Shown piece by piece: positions 25,635 to 35,241 of a stretch of DNA of 64,000 nt. The translations under genes and the position numbers were made by a program. The notes beneath the pieces are model-generated. The model worked only from the letters and a program-made list of their open reading frames with translations. It was not told where the DNA came from and ran no database searches. Each line of letters opens with the position of its first letter. Position 1 is the first letter of the stretch. Origin of the DNA: Rhynchopus sp. YZ270_cl-10 (Eukaryota); NCBI GenBank assembly GCA_964035575.1, contig OZ037833.1, positions 1 to 64,000 on the forward strand, read 5' to 3'.

Positions 25635-28415
25635 ATGTTTGAAGGGGACGACTGCGCCAGAGAGCCCCCATTGAAGAGCTGGTCTAGCTACCTGTCGGAC
25701 ATGCGTGAATCTTTGCGGCTCTCGGCTGAAACATCGCGAATGCAGTTAGAAGAGATACATTTTTCTTGCAGCCAGTACGAAAGCTTTACACCACACACTC
25801 AATATGACGTCTGTGAGTGGTGTTTAAAAAGATATCAAAGGACAGAAAAACATTATCCACATTGCCTCTTCAGGTACATGCACATTACGCACATTGCAAA
25901 ATGCCGTCTTGCGTACGTTATTGCTTCTATTAGAACAATAACTAATAAAGCTTCGTTCAGAGATCTCTTTGCTGTACATCCTGAGTTAGAGTCTCGCTGG
26001 AACTGTAGTCTTGCTTCTCTCAAAAATACTGACAAGAGGTACATCAGGATTCTTGAGGACGAAAAACGTGATGCCATGCAAGGACTTTCTCCGCACATTT
26101 TTGGATTAGTAGAGAACTGTGCAAATGCCATCTGCGAAAGATGGCTTGAGAAGAGGTCCGATACGCTAAGAAAAAACGGGACCAGCTGTCAAGCATTAGT
26201 TGCAGAATTCGAAAATAGAGTTTCTACTTCGGAAATGTGTGGGAGAAGTCTTGACCCAAGCCTCCACTCAGCTGCAATGAAGCTTGAAGACTACACAAAT
26301 GGATGCGTGTCTTATGCTGACATTGGGGGGATGAATTCTGTCTGTAGAAAATGTGGTGCAAAGCTCTTCTCTGGTGAGGTCCGAGGAGAAGGGAGATATG
26401 GAATTTGCTGCAACAGAATTAAGGAGAGAGACATCCCTGAACCAATTGAATTTGAGAACGACGACCACAAAAGATTGTTCTCGGATCAAACGTTTCTTAA
26501 GAATTCATACCGCCTGAATTCTTATCACCAGATGGCCAAGGCATTGCATACCCCCCACAAGTTGTTTTCCAACACACGCGGAATACACAACATAGTTGTC
26601 AAAGGAAAAGGGGTGAAGAAAATTATGGGCCTGTCTGACGATGCGGAAACAAGAAACCAAACCTGGTTTGTTGGTGGATACAACGAGCAGGACCGCGCCT
26701 TGAAAGGCTTGCAAGAGATGGAGAGGATCCCAGAACTGGAACGCGACACAACCCTCTACCAGGACATCATGACCATGCTGAAAGACAATTGCTATGTCAG
26801 GATGTTCAGGAGAGCCTCAGTTCTGATGGACAGTGCCGAAGAGAATACACATGTGGCCATCAACTTTGACGATCTGCGAGGACCTGAGAAGACGGGACGG
26901 GAGTACGCAAACGCCGCTGCAGAAGATGAATTGCGGGCTGTATATACTGTCAGTACTGGAACAGAGGATCACAAATACGCAGAAGGTTGGGGCCGGCAGC
27001 AGTACAGCGTTATTATGCAGGGAGAAGCTGAAGGTCAAGGTGAAGGAAGCGATAAATACAGCAGAAAGATATCAGATTTTGATGCCAGGTTCGAGCCACT
27101 GTGTTTTCCCCTGATACATGTGTGTCCAAAAGACAGTACAGGTTGGAGACACAGTCGAAAAGATGAAGCAACGCCAAACCCCTACAGTGGTGTGTCAGCA
27201 CAGGAGTATGGCTGCTTCCACCTGTTTTCACGGGCGACCGAGAAGAACCCAGATGGGGAACCAGGGCCTGCACTGATAGGGCGCAAGCTGACCGAATACT
27301 TCTTCCTTCAGCTTGGCATCCGTGCCATTACGCAACGCATATCTTACCACAGCCAGCAGATAGTAAAGAAATATGCAACAAAAGAATTCCTCGAAGAGTC
27401 CCATGTTACGACAGTAGTGGAAAACCGTCGCGTCACCACACACGATGCGACCAATGACACTACAACAGCCACCACCACCCTCTATGCCAGCTACCCGCGT
27501 GGGAAGAGAGCAAGAATTCAAGATCTCAACGATTCACTTGCGTTGAAGGCCCGTCTTGGCTGCCCCGATTATTTCCTGACCATGACAGCCAACCCACATT
27601 GGCCAGAGATTCTCAGGGAGCTGCGTCCAGGAGAAAGACCCTGTGACAGGTCTGATCTTGTGCACCGAGTGTTTAACCTCAAGATGGATCAACTTGAGAG
27701 AAAGTTGAAAGAGAATGCACTCGGGACGTACCAGGCAATGGTTCATGTGGTGGAGTACCAGAAAGGACTCCCCCACCTGCATCTTCTTCTGTGGGTTTCC
27801 AAGGAGCATAAGCCGAAGTCTGCAGCCATTTTTGACATGGCGGTGTCGTGCCAGTTGCCTGATCCCGAAACGCAAGAAGAGCTATACAACTTGGTGTCGG
27901 AGCAGATGATGCACACCAAGTGTGATACTGTGCCCAGTGCACGATGCAAGGTGCCCGGCCCAGACGGCAACGCACGGTGCAAACAGCACTACCCAAAAAA
28001 CTTTCGGGACGATACCCTGGCAACTGAGACAGGAATGTACAGCTATGGTATGCGGCCTAATAATGGGAGAACAAGCGCTGTTGCGGAAAAAGACCAAGAG
28101 CGGGCAAGAAAGCTGGCCACAGAAGGGAAGGTACACCCCAGCTGTAGAGACAACCGCTATGTTGTTTCCTACAACATAGTTCTTCTCACCCAGTTCATGA
28201 GCCACTTCAACATAGAGGCTGTTGGATCTCCAGTTGTCATCAGATACCTCTTCAAGTATCTGTTCAAGGACGATGAGTATGCTAATGTGTCAGTTTCAGC
28301 CAACGACGGAGAAAAAAACAAAACGGATGAGTGCATGAGCTATCTGACAGGCATACATATTGGGTCACTTGAGGCTATTGGATACCTTCTCGGAACGAAG
28401 AATGAGATACATTGA
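25635..28415 (+). CDS. Helitron RepHel, N-terminal part (Zn motif + HUH Rep), ending at a frameshift
   Basis: GGMNSVCRKCGAKLF...CC, YFLTMTANPHWPEI, VHVVEYQKGLPHLHLLLW, YVVSYN and YLFKYLFK. Confidence 0.93.
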   Translation: MFEGDDCAREPPLKSWSSYLSDMRESLRLSAETSRMQLEEIHFSCSQYESFTPHTQYDVCEWCLKRYQRTEKHYPHCLFRYMHITHIAKCRLAYVIASIRTITNKASFRDLFAVHPELESRWNCSLASLKNTDKRYIRILEDEKRDAMQGLSPHIFGLVENCANAICERWLEKRSDTLRKNGTSCQALVAEFENRVSTSEMCGRSLDPSLHSAAMKLEDYTNGCVSYADIGGMNSVCRKCGAKLFSGEVRGEGRYGICCNRIKERDIPEPIEFENDDHKRLFSDQTFLKNSYRLNSYHQMAKALHTPHKLFSNTRGIHNIVVKGKGVKKIMGLSDDAETRNQTWFVGGYNEQDRALKGLQEMERIPELERDTTLYQDIMTMLKDNCYVRMFRRASVLMDSAEENTHVAINFDDLRGPEKTGREYANAAAEDELRAVYTVSTGTEDHKYAEGWGRQQYSVIMQGEAEGQGEGSDKYSRKISDFDARFEPLCFPLIHVCPKDSTGWRHSRKDEATPNPYSGVSAQEYGCFHLFSRATEKNPDGEPGPALIGRKLTEYFFLQLGIRAITQRISYHSQQIVKKYATKEFLEESHVTTVVENRRVTTHDATNDTTTATTTLYASYPRGKRARIQDLNDSLALKARLGCPDYFLTMTANPHWPEILRELRPGERPCDRSDLVHRVFNLKMDQLERKLKENALGTYQAMVHVVEYQKGLPHLHLLLWVSKEHKPKSAAIFDMAVSCQLPDPETQEELYNLVSEQMMHTKCDTVPSARCKVPGPDGNARCKQHYPKNFRDDTLATETGMYSYGMRPNNGRTSAVAEKDQERARKLATEGKVHPSCRDNRYVVSYNIVLLTQFMSHFNIEAVGSPVVIRYLFKYLFKDDEYANVSVSANDGEKNKTDECMSYLTGIHIGSLEAIGYLLGTKNEIH

Positions 28416-31400
28416 CCCAAGTGTCACCAGACTTGATGTTCATCTTGCAGGCCAGCAAAGGCTGTACTACTTTCCTGGCAAGGAGGCAGAGGCGCTTGAC
28501 AAGGCCACGGACACAACACTCACAGCCTGGTTTGCTGCAAATAGCGACGCAAAACGTGACCCGTCTTCCAAGTACCAGGGAATACAAACCCTAAACTACA
28601 TCACTGTTCCTGAATACTTTGCCTTCTCCAGAGATAAAGCAGAGTGGACCCTGAGGAAAAGCTACGTGTACTGCCCCAGGACTGAGTCGCTTGTCACAAC
28701 GGACAGATCACGAGCTGCAAAGTCCCATCTTCTGGCTATTGGTCGCCTGTACAGAACCCCTGTTTTGGATAAGGAGCTCCAGGCTCTGCGCACGATCCTC
28801 ATGGTGAGAAAAGGACCCACTAGCTTTGATGACCTGATGACTGTAGAAGGGAAAAAGTGCGAGTCCTTTACGGATGCAGCAAATGAAATGGGGCTCCTTC
28901 AGGGTGGTAAACTTGTGAAGCTTACACTTGTGGATGCAGTCAAAACCACTGTGTCAGGAAGATGCCTCAGGTTTACCCTTGCTGTTCTACTCAACTCCTT
29001 TGCTATTCCTCCTAATGACATGAAAGAACTCTGGAAGACATACAAGGTGGAGCTGTGCAAGCGTCCTCTGAAGCAGGGAGAGACTGCACCGGATGAGGAG
29101 GCTACGGTATCTGAGCAGGAGGAAAATGAAGCACTGTTGGATATTCAGAATGTGTTGAGAAACATTTGTGGGTCGGATGTAAAGCTAGAAGTCTTTGGAC
29201 TTCCAACACCAACTGCTGCTGTGAGGAGTGCGAACGATGGAGTATCTTGGGTTATGAAAGATGAAATCTACAACATGGAAAAGCAGTGGCAGGAGTGGGA
29301 GAAGATTGAACCTAAGCTCAATACAAAACAGAGGGATGCAGTTCAGCGTGTTCAACTCTCTGTGACTCAGGGCAAAGGCGAGATGTTTCTGCTTCAGGGT
29401 GCTGCAGGGACTGGAAAAACGTTTACCTACCAAGCCATGCTCAGTTGGTGCAGAAGCCACAGAGGGGTTCCGGCGCAAGGTGACACGCATCGTCCAAACA
29501 TTGCCCTTGCAGTTGCGAGCTCTGGCATTGCAGCAATGCTCCTGCCTGGAGGAAGAACATCACACAACAGATTCAAGTTTCCTCTTGATCTGTACCCAGA
29601 TGACCACCACTCTGTCTGCAAACTGACAAAAGAAATTGAGGATCTCATCCGCGCAACGGATCTCATTGTCTTTGACGAGGTGGTTATGGCAAACAGGGGC
29701 CATATAGAACTTCTCGACAGAACCTGCAGAAAGGTTACCGGAAAGGCCATGTGGTTTGGTGGAATCACTGTGGTTCTTGGTGGAGATTTTAAGCAAATTC
29801 TTCCTGTCACTGAGGGAGACAAGAGTGCCACGCTTAAAAACTGTCTGCATACTTCTCCTCTCTTCCAAAACATGACTATGCTGTCCCTTATCGAGATAAT
29901 GAGGCAGAAGGATGACAAAGAATGGGCTACCTACCTGGGAACCATTGGTGATGGGTCGCGCAACGATAGAGACAGTTCCATATCTCTCCCAATAAACCTC
30001 TACCGAAAGAATTGTGGGAATTATGTTGTACCTGATGATTTAATCACCCACGTCTTCCCTCTGATTGGGGAAGGTGTAGTTGGAAATGGCATGATCCTTG
30101 CACCTACTAACAAAGCTCAGAAGGCAATGAACAACATTTGCCTCAAGAGGCTGTGTGGGAAACAAAAAGAAGTACTCCATGAGTTCCAGCTGACAGGGAA
30201 GGACACATGCACAGAGGAGTCTGTTGAGGGGGAATCTGCCATTGACTCAGACGTAATGAATGCGTACCAGCAGACAGGCATACCTGACCACTGCATCACT
30301 GTCAAGGTTGGTGCTCCTCTAATGTTGCTCAAAAACCTCAACCCACCAAAGGGTCTCTGCAACGGAACGAGGTTTATTGTGACTGGCGTGACACAGCTCA
30401 ACATTCAGGGTATCATTGTGGGAGACCCTCAAAGAGTTGGAATGGCAGTGAACATCCCCAGAGTTAAGAACACTCCTGACGAGAAGAAGGCTGGCTTCAG
30501 CATGCAGCGCGTCCAGTTTCCCGTCGCACTGTCATTTGCCTCTACAATTAACAAGTCTCAGGGACAGACCCTCGATAGGGTTGGACTCGACCTCACAGAG
30601 TCACAGTGCTTTGCACATGGGCAGTTGTACGTTGCTCTGAGCAGATGCCCAAAGGCAAAGCATGTCAAGGTTGCAGTGCCTCTGAAGACAAGGACCGCAG
30701 GAAACAGAAGGATAGTTGTGGAGCCGTACAGAGTGTCAAACCCTGTATACAAGGACATGCTAAAATCTGTTTCTGACCGTGGACTCGAGGGCATCTTTAT
30801 GCAGCTGACTGAAGCAGAAGAGGCCATGCTACAGAGTTACCACGTCATGACTGACAAAGAGTACTCTGAACAGACCCACAGACAAGCAAAGATGCCTCCA
30901 CCATCTGATGACCAAAAATTCTGGGACCCCATGCCAATGCAGTGCGAGAGCATTCAGTTTGAAGATGCTGAAGATCTTGTCTATGTAGCCAAAAAGAGGA
31001 AGAGAGATCCAGAAGAGAAGTCTCGTAAGAAGCGGAAGAAAAATAACCCTACATCAGCAGAAACAACAACAGCACAAAAGCCGAAGCTCTCTATTACCAG
31101 GGTTTTGGGGGATGGTACTTGCTTTTACCATGCAGTAGACCAGTCTATTACAAAGAGGATAGGACAAGGGAATCAACTCAGAAGAGAATTGGAATTGTTT
31201 GTTATGCAGAACAGCACTACAATAAAACATCATCCTCTTATTGTACCTGAAAACGCTAACACCGTATCCTCGATTGTAGGCACCTACAACGCCCTTATGA
31301 ACAGGATAACTGGCAGGATTGATGGGACGTACGCAACATCAGACTATGCAGAACAGATTGAGTTTGCCTTGGTGAGTCTCTTAAAACGTGTTCTAATAAC

Positions 31401-31653
31401 TATTGTCAAAATGAACCAAGATAACAAGCCCTCATCTTTTCACTTTTTGGGGAACAACTTGTCTACTGACCAGGTTCTTGCTAATATTCCTGCAAAAGAC
31501 AGGATTATTTTAATACATACTGCAAACCCTGATCATTTTAATATTGGTACAGGGTCTCCTGAACATGAATTGGAAACACACAAAAATGGTTTGGAACAAT
31601 TGCATAGGGGATTTCCTAATGAGATTTTATATCAAGTTGATTGGGAGCTGTGA
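28402..31653 (+). CDS. Helitron RepHel, C-terminal part (Pif1/SF1B helicase + OTU-like cysteine protease)
   Basis: VTRLDVHLAGQQ linker, Walker A GAAGTGKT, VASSGIAAMLLPGGRTSH, IVFDEV, LGGDFKQILPV, LCNGTR, QFPVALSFASTINKSQGQTL and HGQLYVALSR. OTU motifs are GDGTCFYHAV...DHFN. Confidence 0.95.
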   Translation: MRYIDPSVTRLDVHLAGQQRLYYFPGKEAEALDKATDTTLTAWFAANSDAKRDPSSKYQGIQTLNYITVPEYFAFSRDKAEWTLRKSYVYCPRTESLVTTDRSRAAKSHLLAIGRLYRTPVLDKELQALRTILMVRKGPTSFDDLMTVEGKKCESFTDAANEMGLLQGGKLVKLTLVDAVKTTVSGRCLRFTLAVLLNSFAIPPNDMKELWKTYKVELCKRPLKQGETAPDEEATVSEQEENEALLDIQNVLRNICGSDVKLEVFGLPTPTAAVRSANDGVSWVMKDEIYNMEKQWQEWEKIEPKLNTKQRDAVQRVQLSVTQGKGEMFLLQGAAGTGKTFTYQAMLSWCRSHRGVPAQGDTHRPNIALAVASSGIAAMLLPGGRTSHNRFKFPLDLYPDDHHSVCKLTKEIEDLIRATDLIVFDEVVMANRGHIELLDRTCRKVTGKAMWFGGITVVLGGDFKQILPVTEGDKSATLKNCLHTSPLFQNMTMLSLIEIMRQKDDKEWATYLGTIGDGSRNDRDSSISLPINLYRKNCGNYVVPDDLITHVFPLIGEGVVGNGMILAPTNKAQKAMNNICLKRLCGKQKEVLHEFQLTGKDTCTEESVEGESAIDSDVMNAYQQTGIPDHCITVKVGAPLMLLKNLNPPKGLCNGTRFIVTGVTQLNIQGIIVGDPQRVGMAVNIPRVKNTPDEKKAGFSMQRVQFPVALSFASTINKSQGQTLDRVGLDLTESQCFAHGQLYVALSRCPKAKHVKVAVPLKTRTAGNRRIVVEPYRVSNPVYKDMLKSVSDRGLEGIFMQLTEAEEAMLQSYHVMTDKEYSEQTHRQAKMPPPSDDQKFWDPMPMQCESIQFEDAEDLVYVAKKRKRDPEEKSRKKRKKNNPTSAETTTAQKPKLSITRVLGDGTCFYHAVDQSITKRIGQGNQLRRELELFVMQNSTTIKHHPLIVPENANTVSSIVGTYNALMNRITGRIDGTYATSDYAEQIEFALVSLLKRVLITIVKMNQDNKPSSFHFLGNNLSTDQVLANIPAKDRIILIHTANPDHFNIGTGSPEHELETHKNGLEQLHRGFPNEILYQVDWEL

Positions 31654-31923
31654 CCATACAAAAAAAGTAATAAAAAGAGAAAAATGAAAGAAGTGGTAAC
31701 AATCGGGGGTATGAAAACGGGTTGGGTTTGGTGGGTATTTTTTGGGATTGTGGGTTTGGGGGTACTATTAGTTTTGAACAAAATACAAATGAAGCATGAA
31801 ATAGGAGAGAACAAAAACAAAGGAACATTATTTATTTATTTCAATTTTTCTTCACACCCCCCACAAACATACACACACCCACAGAGTATCCACAATATGT
31901 CCCTCAATAGAGTGTCCCGACCA

Positions 31924-31980
31924 AAAATCCCAACCAAAAATCCCTGTATTTTCAATACAGGGATTTTTGGTTGGGATTTT
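31924..31980. other. Perfect 27-bp-stem, 3-nt-loop hairpin downstream of RepHel
   Basis: AAAATCCCAACCAAAAATCCCTGTATT-TTC-AATACAGGGATTTTTGGTTGGGATTTT. Confidence 0.93.
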
Positions 31981-32286
31981 GGCTCTCTCTTATGGACAGA
32001 ACGTAATTTATGGACACATTTGTCAACATTTCTGTCCATAAATCCCAAAATGGAAAAAAATATTTTTTCAAATGGCTTACTGTAGTGGCTTCAGCGGAGC
32101 AATTGCGTCGAAGTATGGTGGTCGTGGGCCCAAAAGTACGTAGTAGACATTTAGTTACTTGACATACTGAGGTCTGTGGGTATCCTTATAGGGTCATACA
32201 CAGGGAATTGTACAGTGCATATAAACTCACAAACCACAGGTTACCTGCAAACATCAATACACATACTGCAATAGGTTAACATAACA

Positions 32287-32528
32287 GTGCAAGGATGCTG
32301 TGCAAGGATGCTGTGCAAGGATGCTGTGCAAGGATGCTGTGCAAGGATGCTGTGCAAGGATGCTGTGCAAGGATGCTGTGCAAGGATGCTGTGCAAGGAT
32401 GCTGTGCAAGGATGCTGTGCAAGGATGCTGTGCAAGGATGCTGTGCAAGGATGCTGTGCAAGGATGCTGTGCAAGGATGCTGTGCAAGGATGCTGTGCAA
32501 GGATGCTGTGCAAGGATGCTGTGCAAGG
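32287..32528 (+). repeat. (GTGCAAGGATGCT)n 13-bp minisatellite, about 18 copies
   Basis: Read directly. Confidence 0.97.
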
Positions 32529-32533
32529 CCACT

Positions 32534-32860
32534 CGGGTGCACAGGGTGCCGATCGGGTGCACAGGGTGCCCCCAAAAAATCGGGTGCACAGGGTGCCAAA
32601 AAATCGGGTGCACAGGGTGCTTTTTAGCCGGGGCTTATAACGTGGGGGGCACCCTGTGCACCCGATTGCAAACCCGTATTGGCACCCTGTGCACCATATT
32701 TTTGGGGGCACCCTGTGCACCCGATTTTCAGGGGCACCCTGTGCACCCTTATTTTGGGGGCACCCTGTGCACCCGATTCAGAGCCCAAAAGGCACCCTGT
32801 GCACCATTTGGGGGCACCCTGTGCACCCGATTTGGTACCACTATGTCACCATGTGCACCC
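32534..32860. repeat. Cluster of GCACCCTGTGCACC motifs in fold-back arrangement (4 reverse, then about 6 forward)
   Basis: GGGTGCACAGGGTGC x4 at 32535-32620, followed by GGCACCCTGTGCACC copies at 32648-32829. Confidence 0.9.
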
Positions 32861-32967
32861 AATCCAGTCTGGCAATATTGGTGACCGATCTTGAGAGACA
32901 CTGGACCTAGTTTGTGTCATTATCTACAGGTTCGTGTGGCCATTCAGGTGCTATTCAGGCACTTCAC

Positions 32968-33640
32968 TGGTTCTACGTTGCGTTATCTGGCTGGTGGTTG
33001 GTGCGGGTTTGCGGGTTCGCGGGTGCGCGGGTTTGCGGGTTCTAGGTTGCGTTATCCGGCTGGTGTGGTGGTGCGGGTGCGCGGGGTTCGGGCAGTGTTA
33101 TCTGGTTGGTGTGGTTGATAGGGTTCTCGGGGTTCGGGCACGTTATCTGGTTCTAGGTTGCGTTATCTGGCTGGTGGTTGGTGCGGGTTTGCGGGTTAGC
33201 GGGTGCGCGGGTTTGCGGGTTCTAGGTTGCGTTATCTGGCTGGTGTGGTGGTGCGGGTGCGCGGGGTTCGGGCAGCGTTATCCGGCTGGTGTGGTGGTGC
33301 GGGTGCGCGGGGTTCGGGCAGCGTTATCCGGCTGGTGTGGTGGTGCGGGTGCGCGGGGGTCGGGCAACGTTATCTGGCTGGTGTGGTTGATAGGGTTCTT
33401 GGGGTTCGGGCACGTTATCTGGTTCTAGGTTGCGTTATCTGGCTGGTGGTTGGTGCGGGTTTGCGGGTTCGCGGGTGCGCGGGTTTGCGGGTTCTAGGTT
33501 GCGTTATCCGGCTGGTGTGGTTGTGCGGGTGCGCGGGGTTCAGGCAACGTTATCTGGTTGGTGTGGTTGATAAGCTGGCTGGTGGGTGCAGGTGTGCGGG
33601 AATCTGCAGGTTCTAGGTTGCGTTATCTGGTTGGTGTGGT
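32968..33640 (+). repeat. Degenerate GT-rich repeat (about 180-270-bp units built from ~45-bp subunits) containing GCGGGTTTGCGGG
   Basis: Recurrent GGTTCTAGGTTGCGTTATC(T/C)GGCTGGTG and GGTGCGGGTTTGCGGGTT. Confidence 0.88.
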
Positions 33641-33795
33641 TTTTCGTTGCACCTGCCGCCTCCGTTGGTGCTTTGTGGGTGGGCATAAGTGGCCATGTGT
33701 TGTTGACCATGCTTCCCTGCTGAGAGATATTGTATTTTTTCTTGGTATGCTGTTTATACTGTTTATACTGTTTTCTATACTTTACTTTTCTGTAC

Positions 33796-34152
33796 TGTGT
33801 GCTGTGTGTTCTGTGAAAACTGTGTGTGGGACCCAAAATACCTGTAAAAGTCTGTATATGAGGTTCTTGGGGTTTGGGCTAAAGTGGTTTGTGTTGTGTA
33901 CTATACTTCCCTGCTGACAGAGGGTGTACTGTGTACTGTGTACTGTGTACTGTGTACTGTGTACTGTGTACTGTGTACTGTGTACTGTGTACTGTGTACT
34001 GTGTACTGTGTACTGTGTACTGTGTACTGTGTACTGTGTACTGTGTACTGTGTACTGTGTACTGTGTACTGTGTACTGTGTACTGTGTACTGTGTACTGT
34101 GTAGGACTGCCCTCAGAATATGTTTTCCTTGGTCAGAGGCTCCATACAGGTG

Positions 34153-34157
<5 letters not shown>
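33796..34157 (+). repeat. Left copy (362 bp) of the long direct duplication flanking the retrotransposon; contains (TGTGTAC)n
   Basis: Matches 46057-46411 except for one extra heptamer unit, and abuts the poly(T) at 34158. Confidence 0.95.
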
Positions 34158-34206
<49 letters not shown>

Positions 34207-35241
34207 GGTGTTGTTCAACTTAGCCCTAGGCTCGCTTTTTTTTTATCTACATCCAGTGACAGAGGGGGTACTTACTAGTCAAGCGAGTATGTAAACAGCT
34301 AGATGTCCAGACAAGGGCACTTTACTATTGTACTGGCAAGACAGTGCCTGAAAACACAGTTAGTGGCACTAAAATAGAAAGCATCTGGGACAACTACAAC
34401 CAACACTTCCCTGCAAATAAGCAAAAGGGTCGTATGTGAGTGCAATTTTTCCCAAAAGGAAAAGGGGAGGGGATGGGACGGGAGGGTTGCTCTGTCTACC
34501 GGTGTAGTTTTATTTTGCTTTGTCTTGGGGAGGGGAGGGGAGGAGAAGGAGGGGATTGAGTGAGCCGTTTCCTCTGTAACACACAAACAAATAAATAGTG
34601 GAGCACACTCTAGGGTGGCTACACTAATACAACCAAGTTTTCAAATAAAAAGGAAGTTCCATAATCTTTTTAGTAGTTTTCTTTTTGGTGAAAATTTTTG
34701 AGAACTTCTGTAAGTGTGACCTGACCCGACTGACTGACACCAAAGGGGAAAACAACAATAACGCACAACAAAATCAACAACAACAATGGTGGGTCTCGTG
34801 CTTACCTGTGGTGGTTTTGAAAAATGAAAAATTTAAATTGACCTTCACAAGGTAAAAATGAAAAACTAAAAGAGTGAAAAAAGAAACTCAAAGGACAAGA
34901 GTTCTGTACAAACTCTACTCTACTGCACAATCTATAAAAGTGGCCCAATGGCTCCTGATGCCACTGGCCTGGCTCTTAGACAGGTCTTACTCCGAGACTG
35001 CCCTCTACCCTCGTCCAAGGGCTAAGGGCCGTCGCTGGGGTAGACCCGTCCTAGCCAGCAGCCAACCAAAAATATTAACAAAAAGGAAGGGGGGCGGAAA
35101 GGGGGGAAAGGGGGGGCAAACCCCAAAGGATGAAAAGAACAAAAAACACAAAATAAAAAGGGTTAAAAATAAACATGGGGCAAACTGTCATTCTCTACAC
35201 GCTTCTACACACACACTCTCACCCTCTAACTCTCTAACTCT

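Larger units (their letters stand above)
23453..31980 (+). mobile_element. Helitron (rolling-circle transposon); true termini not resolved, span is approximate
   Basis: Rep and Pif1 helicase motifs, C-terminal OTU and a downstream long hairpin. Including the C2H2 gene in the element is inference. Confidence 0.8.

Noticed and set aside
33787..33796. TTTCTGTACT at the TSD edge resembling part of the euglenozoan spliced-leader exon, the target of trypanosomatid CRE elements
   Set aside because: The match is only 10 nt in low-complexity CTGT/TACT sequence, and the rest of the SL exon and its donor site are absent.
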